Assembly: GCA_951406725.2 (NCBI GenBank)
Contig: OX597836.1
Span: 21,142,001-21,206,000, forward strand
Reading direction: 5' to 3'
Length of the DNA: 64,000 bases
From: Octopus vulgaris
Taxonomy: Eukaryota
The position numbers and the translations under genes were made by a program. Positions 12,491 through 26,407 of the stretch are shown one piece after another. The notes beneath the pieces are model-generated. The model saw only the letters and a list, made by a program, of their open reading frames with translations. It searched no databases and was not told where the DNA came from. Each line of letters opens with the position of its first letter. Within the stretch, counting starts at the first letter, position 1.

Positions 12491-12528
12491 TCTTTCTGTC
12501 GAAGAGCATAGGCTCGAAACGTAAAAGA
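12491..12528 (+). ncRNA. Minimal hammerhead-like motif in pLTR-like repeat 12471-12626 (older sibling at about 3405-3545)
   Basis: TCTTT-CTGTCGA-A-GAGC atag GCTC-GAA-ACGT-A-AAAGA; (TA)n on both sides. Confidence 0.6.
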
Positions 12529-12624
12529 CTTTTTCTATTTCTATTCCTGAGCACTATACTAATACATTTATTTGTTTGTACTCCACCTGCCTTCGTCTTT
12601 TGTTTATTTTCGTAAACTTTCCCG

Positions 12625-12657
<33 letters not shown>

Positions 12658-13979
12658 TATTAATAGAGATAGATATATATTATATTATCATATATATGTG
12701 CATGTTATACATGATGAGCTTCTTTCAGTTTTCATTACAAAATCCACTCAAAGTACTGGCTGACCCAGAACAAAATACAAAATATAAAAAACTTGCCCAA
12801 GCTGAAACACAGTGGGAATGAACCAGACATCATGCCATCAGGAAGAGAACATCTTAAACCACACAGCCTTGCCTGTACCTCATGATAAAATGTAAGTCTT
12901 GGGTCAAACTCAAAAACAATTTAACATGTAATCAAGTCTCTTCAGCTGTTTCCACCTTCTTAGTAGACCATGTTATAAATATTAAAATGTTTTCTTTGTA
13001 AACCAGGAACATTTAGTAGCAAATGACTCTTAGCCATTTCACTCAGTCTTTTGATAATTCCTTTCATCTTGTCATTGGTCACAGTTTAAGCACATTACAA
13101 GATAGATTTGGAATGTTACAGCAATAAAAACATGTTAATTGCAATGATTCTCTTGTAGTTTTTAATTGTGAGCTAAGTTATTTCAATTAATCGATTTGAA
13201 GTGTTATTTCGATAAAGCAAGAAACTTATTTTGAAAAGGAAAGAAAAGAAGAAAAAATCTCAACCATGTATAAACACCCAACACACATACATGTGTAATA
13301 ATAAAATGTTACTCACATCTACCTTAAAAGTAGTTATTTGTGTATGCTTGTGTGTATGAGTTCATCTCATCATAACATTCATCATCATCATCCATAAATA
13401 TCTGTTTTCCATGCTGGCATGGGTTAGACATTATAAACAAGCATCAACATCATAAAAGCAATATCATTTGTTTCCAATCTTCCAAAGAAACATGTCTAGC
13501 CATGGGGGAAATATTACCTTGTTTGGTAAACAGATATTTCTATGACTGAATGCCTTTCTTGCCGCAAACCCTTACCTAACAAATCTTGGCAAACCTATGC
13601 AAGCATGAAAAAGTGGATGTTTAAAATGATGATGGTGATGATGATAATGAAAACATGACTATGTTCTAATTTAATCTATTTTTCTTTGTTATTAGAGGAT
13701 TTTTGATACCTGCATCTCAAACCCTTATAGTTAGTTTTGAACATCAAAATATCCCAATTCTTTTTATCAATATTTCCATACTATCTCAGCCTCATCTCCA
13801 GGATATAGTGGTGCTGGCTTCTGCACTTCACCTTTTATAGTGGGTAGCTTATGTTTATACAATGTTTATGCAGACGGTCCTACCAGAATTTGACCATTAG
13901 AGCTTTTAGAATTAAACATCATTTGATGATGAGTAACTGTTAATGGCCAAAATATGAATCTGACAATGTCTACCTCTTG

Positions 13980-13980
<1 letters not shown>

Positions 13981-14029
<49 letters not shown>
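13981..14029. repeat. (TA)n microsatellite (one of many)
   Basis: Pure TA run. Confidence 0.95.
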
Positions 14030-14035
<6 letters not shown>

Positions 14036-16654
14036 AACAACAACATTTTAATACACCTATGATTAGCAATTTATAGGTTGAAGAATTCATCACTGTATGG
14101 TTTATAAACAGTATAACACAATGTGAATTAAACATAAAAATAGTGTAACCACATAGTGTAAACAGTATTAGTACAACCACTTATTATGTTCCTCCCACCT
14201 CATATAAATATTTTCAGAGTCAAAGCAAACAGAGTAAAGTACTACTAGAACTATGTGACATTTCCTTACAAAGGACAATAAATAAAAGTCAACATCTTCA
14301 TAGATTGACTTAGACTTTATAAATGTTTTTCATGACTTATTTGTCACTTATTTTTCTTCTTTATCTGTCATAGATTTGTGGAAAAGGTCATATTATTGAA
14401 TTTACAAATTTCATTGTATTTCAAATAGATTTTTTTATATCATATTTTGTGAACAATTATAGTATTGTAGGTTACAGGCAGCCAATGATGGGTTAATGGG
14501 AGAGAAATCAAGGGTTTATTGCATTTACAATGACAATTATGATGAGGGATGTGTAACTCAGGAAAAGCAAAAACTGCAGTGTTTTGGTTCAAAAGCACTG
14601 GTTTATTGGTTTTTCTCACCAATATTTATCATCAAATTATGTGTGGATGTTTATACAAATCATTATATATATAGCAAGCTGGCAGAATCATAAGCACGTC
14701 AGGCAAAATGCATAACAGCCTTTCTTTCAACTTTATGCTCCAAGTTCAAATAGCATTGAGGTCAACTTTGCCATTCATCTTTCCAGGGTTTATAAAATAA
14801 GTACCAGTTGAGCTCTGGGGTTGATGCAATTAACTTCCATCTCCTCTCAAAATTGCAGGCCTACAGTCAAAATTATGAAGAATTGTGTGTATGTGTGAAC
14901 ATTTTCCATGCTGGTATGAGCTGAACGGATTGTCACTCTACTACAGGTTAGAGAATTACACATTGCCCTAATATTTCATTTGATATTGTTTATATGGCTG
15001 GATGCCCTTCCTTACAACAATTCCTTAACTGAGTGTAACTAGATGCTTCAGCACTGGAAAGGTTATCAAGTTCTTGATAAGACCAAAGAGTTTTCTCTAC
15101 TTTACATTCTCCATTCATACAAGACAAACATAACTAAGACAGTACCTAAGGATACATAAAAGGGTCCATCACAGACACACACACATATATATTACAAATA
15201 TACATATATATATGTTTGTATATATATATATTTATATAAGGAAGCAGTCAGAATTTTGGATAATTCTTTATTAGTGCTTTCATTCATTTATGGAACTCGT
15301 CAAAACAAAATCACAATGATAAAAGCAGAATGTTTCCTTGTTCATTTATATGAACCAGCTGTTTTGCTTTGTTTAGAAGAGGAGAAAAGTATTTTTGTTT
15401 TCATTCTTTCTTTTTTGTGTCTTTCCTTACTAATGATCAGCCATTTTGTAAGGAAAAACACAAAAAAGAAAGAAAAAAACAAAGGACCACTGAATATTTG
15501 TTGTATTGGAAAAAGAGGGGAAGAGAGAAAGAAAGCAAAGAGGGGGAGAAAATAAACAGAGAGAGAGAGAGAGGTTTCAGTATAACTGAGAAAGAAAAAA
15601 GTGAAGGATGGAGATAGAGAGAGGGGGTTTTCTTTTCAATTTGATGTGTTCAACCCATTGAAATTTCATTACAAAACATTTTTTTTTCTTTTTTCTCTTC
15701 CTCCTCTTATACAACATATTTGTAAATAGACACATTTTCTCACAAGGGCTAGGTGACCTTTCAAGATGTCATTTTTAGGAAGTAGGATGGAAAAAATAAG
15801 AAAAGAGGGGTGCAGTAATCACTGAAAAATAAATAAGTGTTCAAAGTCCTATGAAAATGTATATTCCTTTATACTTGTATAGTCAAATCCCAAATTCTGT
15901 ATAATTCCATTTTTTGCAAGAACAAACATTAAATATAAGTACAACATTCATAAATTAGAAAAATAAAGTCAGAATATAAAAAATAGCTTAAGTTTGGTAC
16001 TGTTTATAATTCAATTTATTCTCTGTTTAATCAAACAGCATAAATAAGTTGTGTAATAACATGTATATTATATATTTAGCAGGAAACCACTCTATAGGAT
16101 ATAAACTATATAACAAAGCAGGGCCTGCTTAAATATATTTTTGAGTATCTTTCCATCCTTTTGTAGGATTTATTTTTATTTTTCTTGCTTGCTTGGATAA
16201 GATAATTCAAAAGAGATATTTTTTTACAAATTACTTTACCAAGTAGCTACATTAGATATCTTTCCCAATCAGTGGTAAAATGATTCTAGTATTCTTTCTC
16301 AGGTTCTATATGAACAACACTTGTCAAAATCACATTGTTCTATATATATCTGATCATTTATAGAGTATCACATTATTAACACTGGAGCCACATTCAGAAA
16401 CAATAGTAACATTGTAATATAAATGTTTTCTCTTAATAAAGTATTAAAATGACCATGAAGAAGCTTTCTTGACAGACACCAAAACCATCTAGCTTACATT
16501 GATGTCACCTTACATGCAGGATTGGATTTAAACCACAGGGGGTCTGGGGCACTTCAAATTCGTTGGGCACTTCATATACAAGAATTAAAATCTTGGAAAA
16601 TTAGCCAATTACAATCTCAAAACCCATGTATTGCATGTAATGAATTTGATGTGT

Positions 16655-17388
16655 TAGCAGCAACACCTTACATGGGTGAAGACCTTCTTTAGCCTGGGGT
16701 ACCAGTGTTTCTCCTTTCTCTACCCACTGTCTTCTGCGCTTGACATTTTTATAGAGATTCCATTTCTCGTCACCAATCACTATTCAGTCCAAAAAAGGTT
16801 CATTCATGAGACGTGACAGCAAAGAAGAACACACATTCACTCTCTGTGCATGATTACACTTGGAAAGTTCGTGAGAAACCCATTGACTCAATTTCCTGAC
16901 TTTTCCGATGACCGCAGGTGTCGATGAATGGTTCAATGACCAAACCCAAGCTTCTCTGCTAGTTCCTCAACAGTTACAATGGGATTTTGTTTCACCAGAG
17001 TTTGAAGGATAGGATGTCCTTGTTGAGCTCTACACATCTTCCAGGATGGGGCTCATCATCTAAGCTGTAGTTTGCGGCTCGGAATTTCTGGAACCACTTA
17101 CACTTAATGTCTGACCCCCAAATACTGCATTAATAATACTTGCACTTTCTGTTACATTGTTGCCTTTATTGAACTCATAAAGCAAAATATGCCAAATATG
17201 TTCCACAGTCACTTCCATTATAGCTTTGGAAAAATAACTGCTAAAATCGAACTGCACTCTTCAAAACTTGCCCAAAGAATTTACTACCTACTTTTATAGC
17301 AAGTTGGTGCAGGTAGTTTATCCTGTTCCCCTTCAACTTTTAGTTTATGCAATTGAAAAAACCGCATTATTTATGGTATGACCCAATA
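16655..17388 (-). mobile_element. Mariner (Tc1/mariner) transposon remnant: one TIR and the N-terminal half of the transposase
   Basis: TIR-like end (TA)TATTGGGTCATACCATAAATAATGCGG; ATG at 17218 MEVTVEHIWHILLYEFNKG..; WFQKFR, WVSHEL (WVPHEL motif), IVIGDEKW (first catalytic D), GLHPCKVLL; frameshifts and stops; C-terminal half absent. Confidence 0.9.
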
Positions 17389-20283
17389 TATATGACATGC
17401 TTTTTTCAATTTTCAAATCTACTCACAAGGCTTTGACGAGCCTCAGGCTATAGCAGAAGAGACCTAACCAAGGTGCCATGCTGCAGGATTGAACCTGAAA
17501 TCATATGGTTGTAAAACAAACACACAGCCATCCCAAGTTGACCACAATTCAGCAAACCTGTCCTGTCTTATTAAGGGCATCTAGGTCTACATTATCCAAT
17601 ATTTCATTCCTTGTTTAGAATAGTTGGTTTTGATTCAAGGGTCATTTAGCTGCTGTCACTGGTAGGGCAAGTAACTCCAAAGAAGCTAAGTCATTAGCAT
17701 CTAATGAGTGCCACAGAACATCATGATGTTCCAGTGAAGCTAATTTACTTCATGTATATTGCTGTTGTCTTAGGGAAATGTATAAATATTGCAACTTTCA
17801 TCCCTCTTTCACACTGGTGTTCAATACAATCAATTGGTTATAATTTCAGCAAATATTGATCTATATATTTGAACTATTTCCCAGTGTTTCAAACTTAGTA
17901 ACTGCATAAGTTTTTTTTTATTACTTGTTTTATATTTCTAATAGGTCATGCAGTTATGTAGAACCACCACCCACCTCATCACTTGAAAAATATGATAACT
18001 GTCACCAATATACAAATAAATTTACCAAATTTCATATCATAGGCAGAATTTAAAAATAAAAAAAGACTTTATTAGAACATGGGCTAACATTAGAGTAAAA
18101 AGATTTGGTAATACTAACAGGAAAGATAGAACTCAAAATATGAGAATATCTTTTATCTTTTATTTGTTTCAGCTATTAGACTTCTGCCAAGCTGGAGCAC
18201 CACCTTGAAGAATTCTTAGTAAAATTAATCGACCCCAGTACTTATTTTTTTTAAAGCTGGGTATTTATTTAAATTGGTCTCTTATACCAAACTACCAACT
18301 TATGGAGACATAAGCACACCAACACCAGTTGTCAAGCAGTGGAGAGGGATGAACACACACACATATATATATATATATGATGGGCTTCTTTCAGTTTCCA
18401 TCTACCAAACCTATCTACCAGGTTTTGGTCAGCCTGAGGCTACAGTAGAAGACACTTGCCCAAGGTGTCACGCAGAGAGACTGAACCCAGAACCATGTGG
18501 TTTGGAAGTGAGCTTCTTACCACACAGCCAAGGTCAAGAGTTTGAAGAATATTCTTGGTCCTTGAGTCATTTCATAAGTTCTGATTAAAACTTTTTTTTT
18601 AAATATTAGAGTGAATACTAATACTTAATTCTTAAATAAGTTCACTATTGAAGAAGCAAGATGTCATTACTGGTTCCTAACTGATCCCTCCACCAAATGT
18701 CGATTTAGTTCTTTTAAAATTAATTTTAGCAACAGAAAAATCCCATAATTGATTACTGCTGTTTATGCATCCTTGCATAGAAATCTCTGAGAAACAGGTT
18801 ATAGAAAAAATTTGAAAAAAAGAAAAATTTATTGAGATTTATCCATCAATAAAATATCAACGATTATGTCGATTTTTTTTTAATACCATATTGTCTAAAA
18901 ATTATAACAATTTTTTCTTTTTCATTCTGCAACTGTAGAAATACAATTAATTGCGTAAATTGATTAAAGGCACAAAAGTATCTAATGTCAGTTAATGGAT
19001 GAAGCTATCAATGTAGGGGAGAGGCATATATTATACCAAAAACAATATTCAAAAGTTTTGGAATCATAGTTACTCTGACACGTAACTCGATAAAAAATAC
19101 TTTATCTTTTGAAACAATTATGTAGAAGTGCTAGGGTAGCCATTTAAAAAAAATAAAACACTCTGCACAATACCTTGGCCAAGTGTCTTCTATAGCTCTG
19201 GCCAAAGCCTTGAGTGAATTTGGCAGATGGAAACTGAATGAAGCCTGTTGTGTATGTATACCCTTGTTTTGATATAATAGTTGTAAATGAGCATCACTGT
19301 AATGTTGTTCCCAATATCAAAAACATGTCTGGCCATGAGAAAATATGACCTTACTTGGAAATAGACAAGGGTCAGCAGCAGGAAAGGCACCTAGCTACTT
19401 CAAAATATTCCATCTGACCCATGACAGCATGGAAAAGTGAACGTTAAAATAATGACACACATGCTGTTAAATTCACTTTTGTAATAATTTATTAATAGTA
19501 TCATATACTACAATCTGGAGACAAGTATTATATGCCACAACAAGAACACTTATCATTTTATGGGTCAAACAAGAACACATTTTACTTTGCAATACAGATT
19601 TCTTCAAATATTTTATCTCCTTAGCACCCCTGGTGATACCATCCAACACTATAACAAGGCAAGGCCAGTAAACAAGCTGTAGTTAGGAGGCTTTAATTGC
19701 CTGGTGGATATAAAGTCAAGTAGCTGACCACATTTATAGCTTTACTCAAGTGGTCAGCAAACTAAGGCCTGTGGACTAAATCTTGCCCATGTAAGTTGTT
19801 TTTTATTATCTATGTTTGGGAGATAAAAAATAAAATTTAGTGTCAGAAAACAGAGCAAATGTCTCCATTTTCTAGAGACCTCAAATGAATCTCTTTACAA
19901 TAGAATAAAAAATACAAGTAGAGAAAGTGAAATCTCTTTCCTTGGCAAAAAGAAAGTCTGATACACTGCAACAACTGCTGAACAACATAAACATCATTAC
20001 AGTTTTAACATCCATTTCTATGCTTGCATGAATCAAAAAGAATTTGCTGGGGTAGATTTTCTATGATCAGACACGTTTTGATGGAAGACTGGAAATGAAG
20101 TACACTGCTTGTAAGACACTCATTTACAACTATCACATGATGTCAAGACAAACACATACACACACACATATTGTGTGTGTATGTGCATATATATGTTCAC
20201 AAATCGTTCATTTATAGACAGAGACAGATAAGAATTATATAAATTTTCAAGAGAATGTGAAATAATTTTTTTTTAATAGTATA

Positions 20284-20428
20284 TCTCAAAAAACAAATAA
20301 ATCCATAAACAATAACATGAAAATATTGGGTTTAAAAACCTTTTTGGATAGAAGCGTTCAATCCTCAAGGGTTTTCCAACCCAATATTTACATGGTATTG
20401 CTTATAGATTTATGTGTATTCTTTGAGC
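20284..20428. repeat. Degenerate ~145-nt palindrome inside a short repeat-like insertion (about 20220-20435) next to a TA run
   Basis: ctcaaa..ataaatccataaacaataacatgaaaatattgggtt is the inverted complement of aacccaatatttacatggtattgcttatagatttat..tttgag. Confidence 0.7.
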
Positions 20429-23400
20429 TATTATATATATCTATGATGGGATTCTTTCAGTTTCTGTCTACCAAATTCATTCACAAGGCTTTGCTCAGTT
20501 TGAGGCTATAGTAAAAGACATTTACCCAAGATACCCCACAGGTAGGAGTGATCTTCTAAACCAGACATCTATCCATGCCCACTGGTACAGATAAATGAAA
20601 TACACTACCCATTTATTGAGCACAAGTTGAATTCAAAGAGGGGGAGAAGAAGAAGAGGAGGATGGTAATTAGTTTGCAATAATCAGTTCAATTCATCTCA
20701 AGAACAAAAATTATTTAATTTCAAAATAAATATTTGATACTGAGGATAAATTCACCAAATAAGCTGAGAATGCTTCTCATTTTAGCACCTGATATACATC
20801 CATGCAACGACAAAGCAACAATTAAACCATTTGGGGTTTTTAATTAAGTTGATGTTTTTTTTAGTTAAAATTCCTTTGACAGTATTTTAATCTTGTTTTG
20901 GTTATAGTCTCACTTGGTTTGCTTGGATCGATTGCTTATTTTTAACTACAACAGTAACTTCAGTAGTTTTTTTTTTAACACAATATTTTGAATATTTCTT
21001 TTGTTTGTAGTTTTCTTTTTTTTTATTAGATGTCTTATGCATTGTTGTATTGTTGCATATTGATTAAAAAAAAAAAGCTCAAAAATAAAAGTTTGAAAAC
21101 TTGTAGGGAAAAAATTCTTGCTTTAATCTTCATAAGAGCTTATGCATTAGACAAGCAGCACAATGTGAATGTGTCAGTCAGAGCAGATTAGATTTTATAG
21201 AACAAGGTAAAAACAATTTTAAAAATAAAAATGAAAATTGAATCTATACTCCCATCACATTCATCACCCCTCAGTCCCCTCAGTACATGTCCACCTAGTC
21301 AATCTCAGGATAGCAGCAGCAAATAGAAAGCTTGTTTTCTGGAAGAGACATTTGCTGCTATGATGAAAAGGGTCATCACACACACATGGACAAATCATTC
21401 ATTCTTTACAACCAATTATAAGGTTCGTTATAATATTGGTTTGTGTTTTTGTTCATTTCTTTTAAACCAGTTTTTCTTTCTTTAAAGACACGACTGAACA
21501 TTAAAGATCTCTCAGAAACTCCTGTGGAGACAAGTGTAAAATCAATACTCTCAAATAGACATGGCTTGATTGGGAGGTTAAAATGGGGAAGGAGTGGAGA
21601 AAAAATTTCAAACATTAAAAAAAAAATTTAATTTATTTTGAAAGCTGATGATAATGAAAATTCTGAGATGCAAATATAACTTATATTTTATGTTATACAT
21701 TAAACAAGTTTTATTATTAGATAGATAAATATTAAATATACCTATCTAATAATTTTGTCTAATAACATCAGCAATATTTTATTTAGTAATAATGAGCAAT
21801 GACCTACATAAAATATTTTCATATGATCATTGTTTAAAGGGTGGTAAACTGGCAAGAGTTAGAGCATCAGACAAAATGTCCCGAGTTCAAATCTAACCAA
21901 TGTCAACTTTGCTTTTTATCCTTCTGGGATCAAGAAAGTACCCGTTGAGGATGAAAGACAGACAGAATTGTTAAAGCAACATATGTGAGGTCTTGTATTT
22001 GTTCTGGCTTTTTATGTTATTCAGTTTAAATCCCACTATAGCACGAGTGATAAATAGTAGGTTTAATCTGCCACCCAGTTTAACACCACTGTCTAATCCT
22101 TTGGTGCTTTTAGTGGAGTCCACTCTGATGCAAATAGTTGAGACAGGTCTCCAGTTTGAGGATCCCTTTCTCTCTAAACCACTGCCCTTCTCTCCTGAGA
22201 AAAATCTGACTAAACTCCTGCCCTTCCATCCTGACTAAAAAAAAATCTAAGTACAAGCCCTCACCCATGGATTATTACTGCTTATTATCAGTTTTAGTAA
22301 ATTGAGAAATATAACTTTCTTGCTTTTCACCTTTCAGTCACTAGTATTAGAGAAGAAACAGTATCCTATTGAGTCGCTATGTGGTCACTCAGTCTGCTAG
22401 AAATAGCCAACAAGCAGCCAGATCTCCCTCATATTACATTCTATAGTGTTTTTCTGCAGGGTAAAGGAAAAGGTTCAGTTAGCATTCACACACAGGCTCA
22501 TCCCACAGTATTTGAAACAAAAAAATATGAAGGTCACTGTAAAAGACATTAATGACAATGTTGACCTCTGGCATGTGGTCACTTTCACTTCACTATATAA
22601 GCAGGTGGTCAATGCTGACATGACTTTTGGATCATGTTTGGTCAAGTGAGTCTCTATGGACATGCACATCCTCACGATCCCAACAAAGCAATCCTAAAGT
22701 TGTATCTGTTGGAGTACTAAGAGAAAAGCTCTATGACAGTAAAGATCAATTAAGGGCTTCCTGCCCTTAATTGACCTTTATTGGAATAACTGAGAACTTT
22801 AAAAACAAAACCCAACAGCTGGCTGCAGAGACTGCTACTGTTTCTAGAGCACCACCCAGTGCTGCTCCAAAAGCATCAAAGGACACCACCTCATCCTTAG
22901 TCCCAGGACCTGAGCAGAAAAGCATGGGACCCATTTATCTGGTCCTAACCAACAGCACCAATATTTGTTTCAGCTCTTTACATGCTAAAATATAATATTG
23001 GCAAGGTCATCTTTGCTTTCATTCTCCAGACATTGATAAAATAAAGTACCAGTCAAGTACTGTGGTTAACAGCATTGACTTACCCACTTCCCCACAAAAT
23101 TACAGGCCTTGTGCTAAAATTAGAATTAGTATTATTAAAGGCAACGAGCTGGCAGGATCATTAGCATATCAGAAAAAATGTTTAGTAGCATTTCTTCCAG
23201 CTTTACATTCTGAGACCAAATACCACTGAGGTCAACTTTGCTATTCATCCTTTCAAGGGATTAAGTAAGTACCAGTTGAGCACAGGGGTCTATGTAGTCA
23301 ATTAACGCCTTCCTCAACATTTCAGGTCTGGTGCTTGTAGTAAAAGGGATTATAACTATTATTATTATTGATAATGATAATAATAATTGACCTTAGTGGG

Positions 23401-23682
23401 ATGTGAATTTATGTTCCTTGCTCAAATCTCACCTTTGCCTTTTATCCTTCTGGGAGTCAATAAAATGTAGTAGCAATCAAACAAGGGATCAATATAATTG
23501 ATTATAATCCTCACCAACCCCACCAAAATATTTCTTTTTGACTACGTTAGAAATTGCTAATATTAAAAAAAATTTTAAAAGACATCAATATATCCATATG
23601 ATTTTGTTCTAAAACATTGTTCGATATTTCTCTAAAATGAGCAAAACTTGTAGCAAATTACATTATAGCTCTCACAAATATA

Positions 23683-23728
<46 letters not shown>

Positions 23729-25119
23729 AATATACATACATACAAATGCATACATACACATACATGCATCTATATATACACAGATATAGAAATACATATA
23801 TACATGCATACACACACATATATTTATACACATACAGAAATACACACACACAGATACATTCAGAGATATACATACATATCTCATTGGATATGATTTCTAT
23901 CTTTTGGTTTATACTTGTTAAGTCTCGTTTATTACAACATTGGAACATCCACAAACCGATCACTCAGCTGAACCAATTCCACAAAGATATAGAGAATAAA
24001 AATCTTCAATATTTATTGATTTTGTTTATTTTATAAAACCAGTGAATAAAAAGATTCCACAAGACAAAATTCTAGAAAATTGGAAAATATCTACTGTTTG
24101 TTTGAAACTCAATCCTCTGTCATATATACACACAAACACATATATAGATGCATATGCATACATGTACCATTTCATACACATACATGTACCATTTCAAGTT
24201 TGTATCATTTCTAGAATCGTTTCAAGTTTGTACCAAATATGTTCCGATATAATGTTTTAGAGAAAGAGATAGAATCTTTCCAAGGGAAAAACTGTATAAT
24301 ATGATTTCATGAGCCAACTGAATTTTAAAATTCCATAGAAAATAATAAAATCTATAAACATTGGCAAAAGTATAGGGACAAGCTAGAGAGCATGTCAAAT
24401 ACCAAATTAAACTGAAGTACAAGTCAAAGGAAGAATATATTGCAAAGAACCAAATTTCAACAACCAGAGAATGGGCAGATTGAAAACTGAGAAATGTTAT
24501 GAGCTAACAAGAGAGAGTCAATATATGGTAGCTTGACAAGCTAGAAATAGCAACCAGCTCTCTGAAATCGCACCTTGCTGTTTTAAAATTAATAGGAAAG
24601 GGTACATTAGATTTTGTAATCTTAAGATTTTCTATGTCTAAAAAATAAAAAGGGTTTGTAGGAGTAAACAGCCTAAGACATGTTTGAAATTAATCAATAT
24701 GATACTTCACATTTTTCCAAGAGTAAAAAAAAAAAATTGCTTAAAATCATTCTGGACATTCCATCCATCCATCCACATTGATAGCCCACTATTCCTGTGA
24801 GGGTCCTGAAGGCAAAGTCCTGATAATTTCTGTGAATGACAGCAGTTATACATTTCCCAGATGCCTTCGCTAAGCAAAATAATGTCTTTGCCTCTCACCA
24901 ACATCCGTAAACCTCTCTCACCAACCTCCAACAATCTCTCCCTCCTCCAGCCGCCAACCTCCAACAATCTTTCCCTCCTCCAGCTGACAGTTTTTTGTAC
25001 TTTTTCATGACAGAAAATACACCTTTTGTGGTAGTTATAATGAAATTGTTTTCTTATATCAGAGTAATAAGGCATTTCAATAGAACATCTTTACCCCCGG
25101 GAATTACCAGGTACACCAG

Positions 25120-25150
<31 letters not shown>

Positions 25151-25898
25151 CAGGCTTCTTTCAATTTCTGTCAGCCAGATCCACTCACAAGGCTTTGGTT
25201 GGCTTGAGGCCATAGCAGATGCCCAAAGGACTATGCAATAGGACTGAACCTAAAACTATGAGGTTAGAAAGCAAACTTCTTACCACACAGCCACACAAAT
25301 TGCAGCATCTACAGCACACACACAGCAGATTCTCATTACTCCAGCTGAATGAATTGGTAATAATATTTATGGAGAAATATAACTGCTTAAAAGTCAGAAA
25401 CAAAAAAAGGGAACAACGGTGTCATTAACAAACAAGAAATTTGTGATTTCAAGAGAATGCTAGCAGACATAACACATCCTGAAAAATCAGGAAGCAGAAA
25501 TTATTGAACAACAACAGCTGTTTGAGATGACATTTAAATACATCAACGGAGCTAGACTGTCAAAGTTCAACCACAACAGCTTTATAGTAGTATCTTTAGT
25601 TTATTAAGAAAATAGCCTAGTTATTACGTCTATTATTGGAAAATAATATTAAGTTAGTGTAGCTGAGATTTGAGAGGGAGAATTGTATTTTTTTTTTCTT
25701 CTTTATTTCTCAGTTTTAAAATAAATACCTCTCATGTCTCATGATAGGTCCCAGAGAATTCCATTAAAAACAAAAATACAGGTATCTGACTGCCTCAGTG
25801 TCTCCAAGACTGCAATGTTCAATATGTCCACTGGACTACCCAATACGTCTATAAAAAACATTGGACAATACAGTCATAGAGACACCATTTATAAATTA

Positions 25899-26407
25899 CT
25901 AGCAGTATTGCCCGGCTTTGCAAAATGGTCTCATTTAATTCAAAGCGTTAAAAATGTTATGAAAACAATTGGTATGTGTTCACAAAGTCCAAACGATTAA
26001 TACGAAAAAACCCTCCAGGCTACATTCCGAAAATTCATTTCTTTGCCGAATTTCTACAATGTTTACGGTGATTCGTTTTTATATCTTGATTTTTTATTTT
26101 TCATGCAATTTACGCATGCTTGCACGCGTGGTGAACATAGTTCACATCAAACAGCTGACTGAGTAAAGTTCACTATTCAATGCATGGGATAAGGCCTAAA
26201 CAAACACATTATCGATTTTTGCACTTGCGAGATGAATTTCGGAACAGAAATAGCGCAGTTCAATTTTCATTTGCCTAAACTTTAAGTGACCCATTTTTGG
26301 TGGTTCTACGATTTGTTGGCTAGGAGGAGATGTGCCGGGAAGTTAAACACACAGACACACACATAGATACACACACAGACACACAAGTTGAGTTTTATAT
26401 ATAGAGA
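25899..26407 (-). mobile_element. Non-autonomous Helitron-type element
   Basis: Minus strand starts TC (TCTCTATATATAAAACTC), has a (TG/TC) microsatellite near the 5' end, ends GCCGGGCAATACTG-CTAG; inserted between A and T with no TSD. Confidence 0.8.

Noticed and set aside
14568-14602. IRE-like CAGTG hairpin
   Set aside because: CAGUGN is not positioned as the apical loop of a 5-bp stem with a bulged C.
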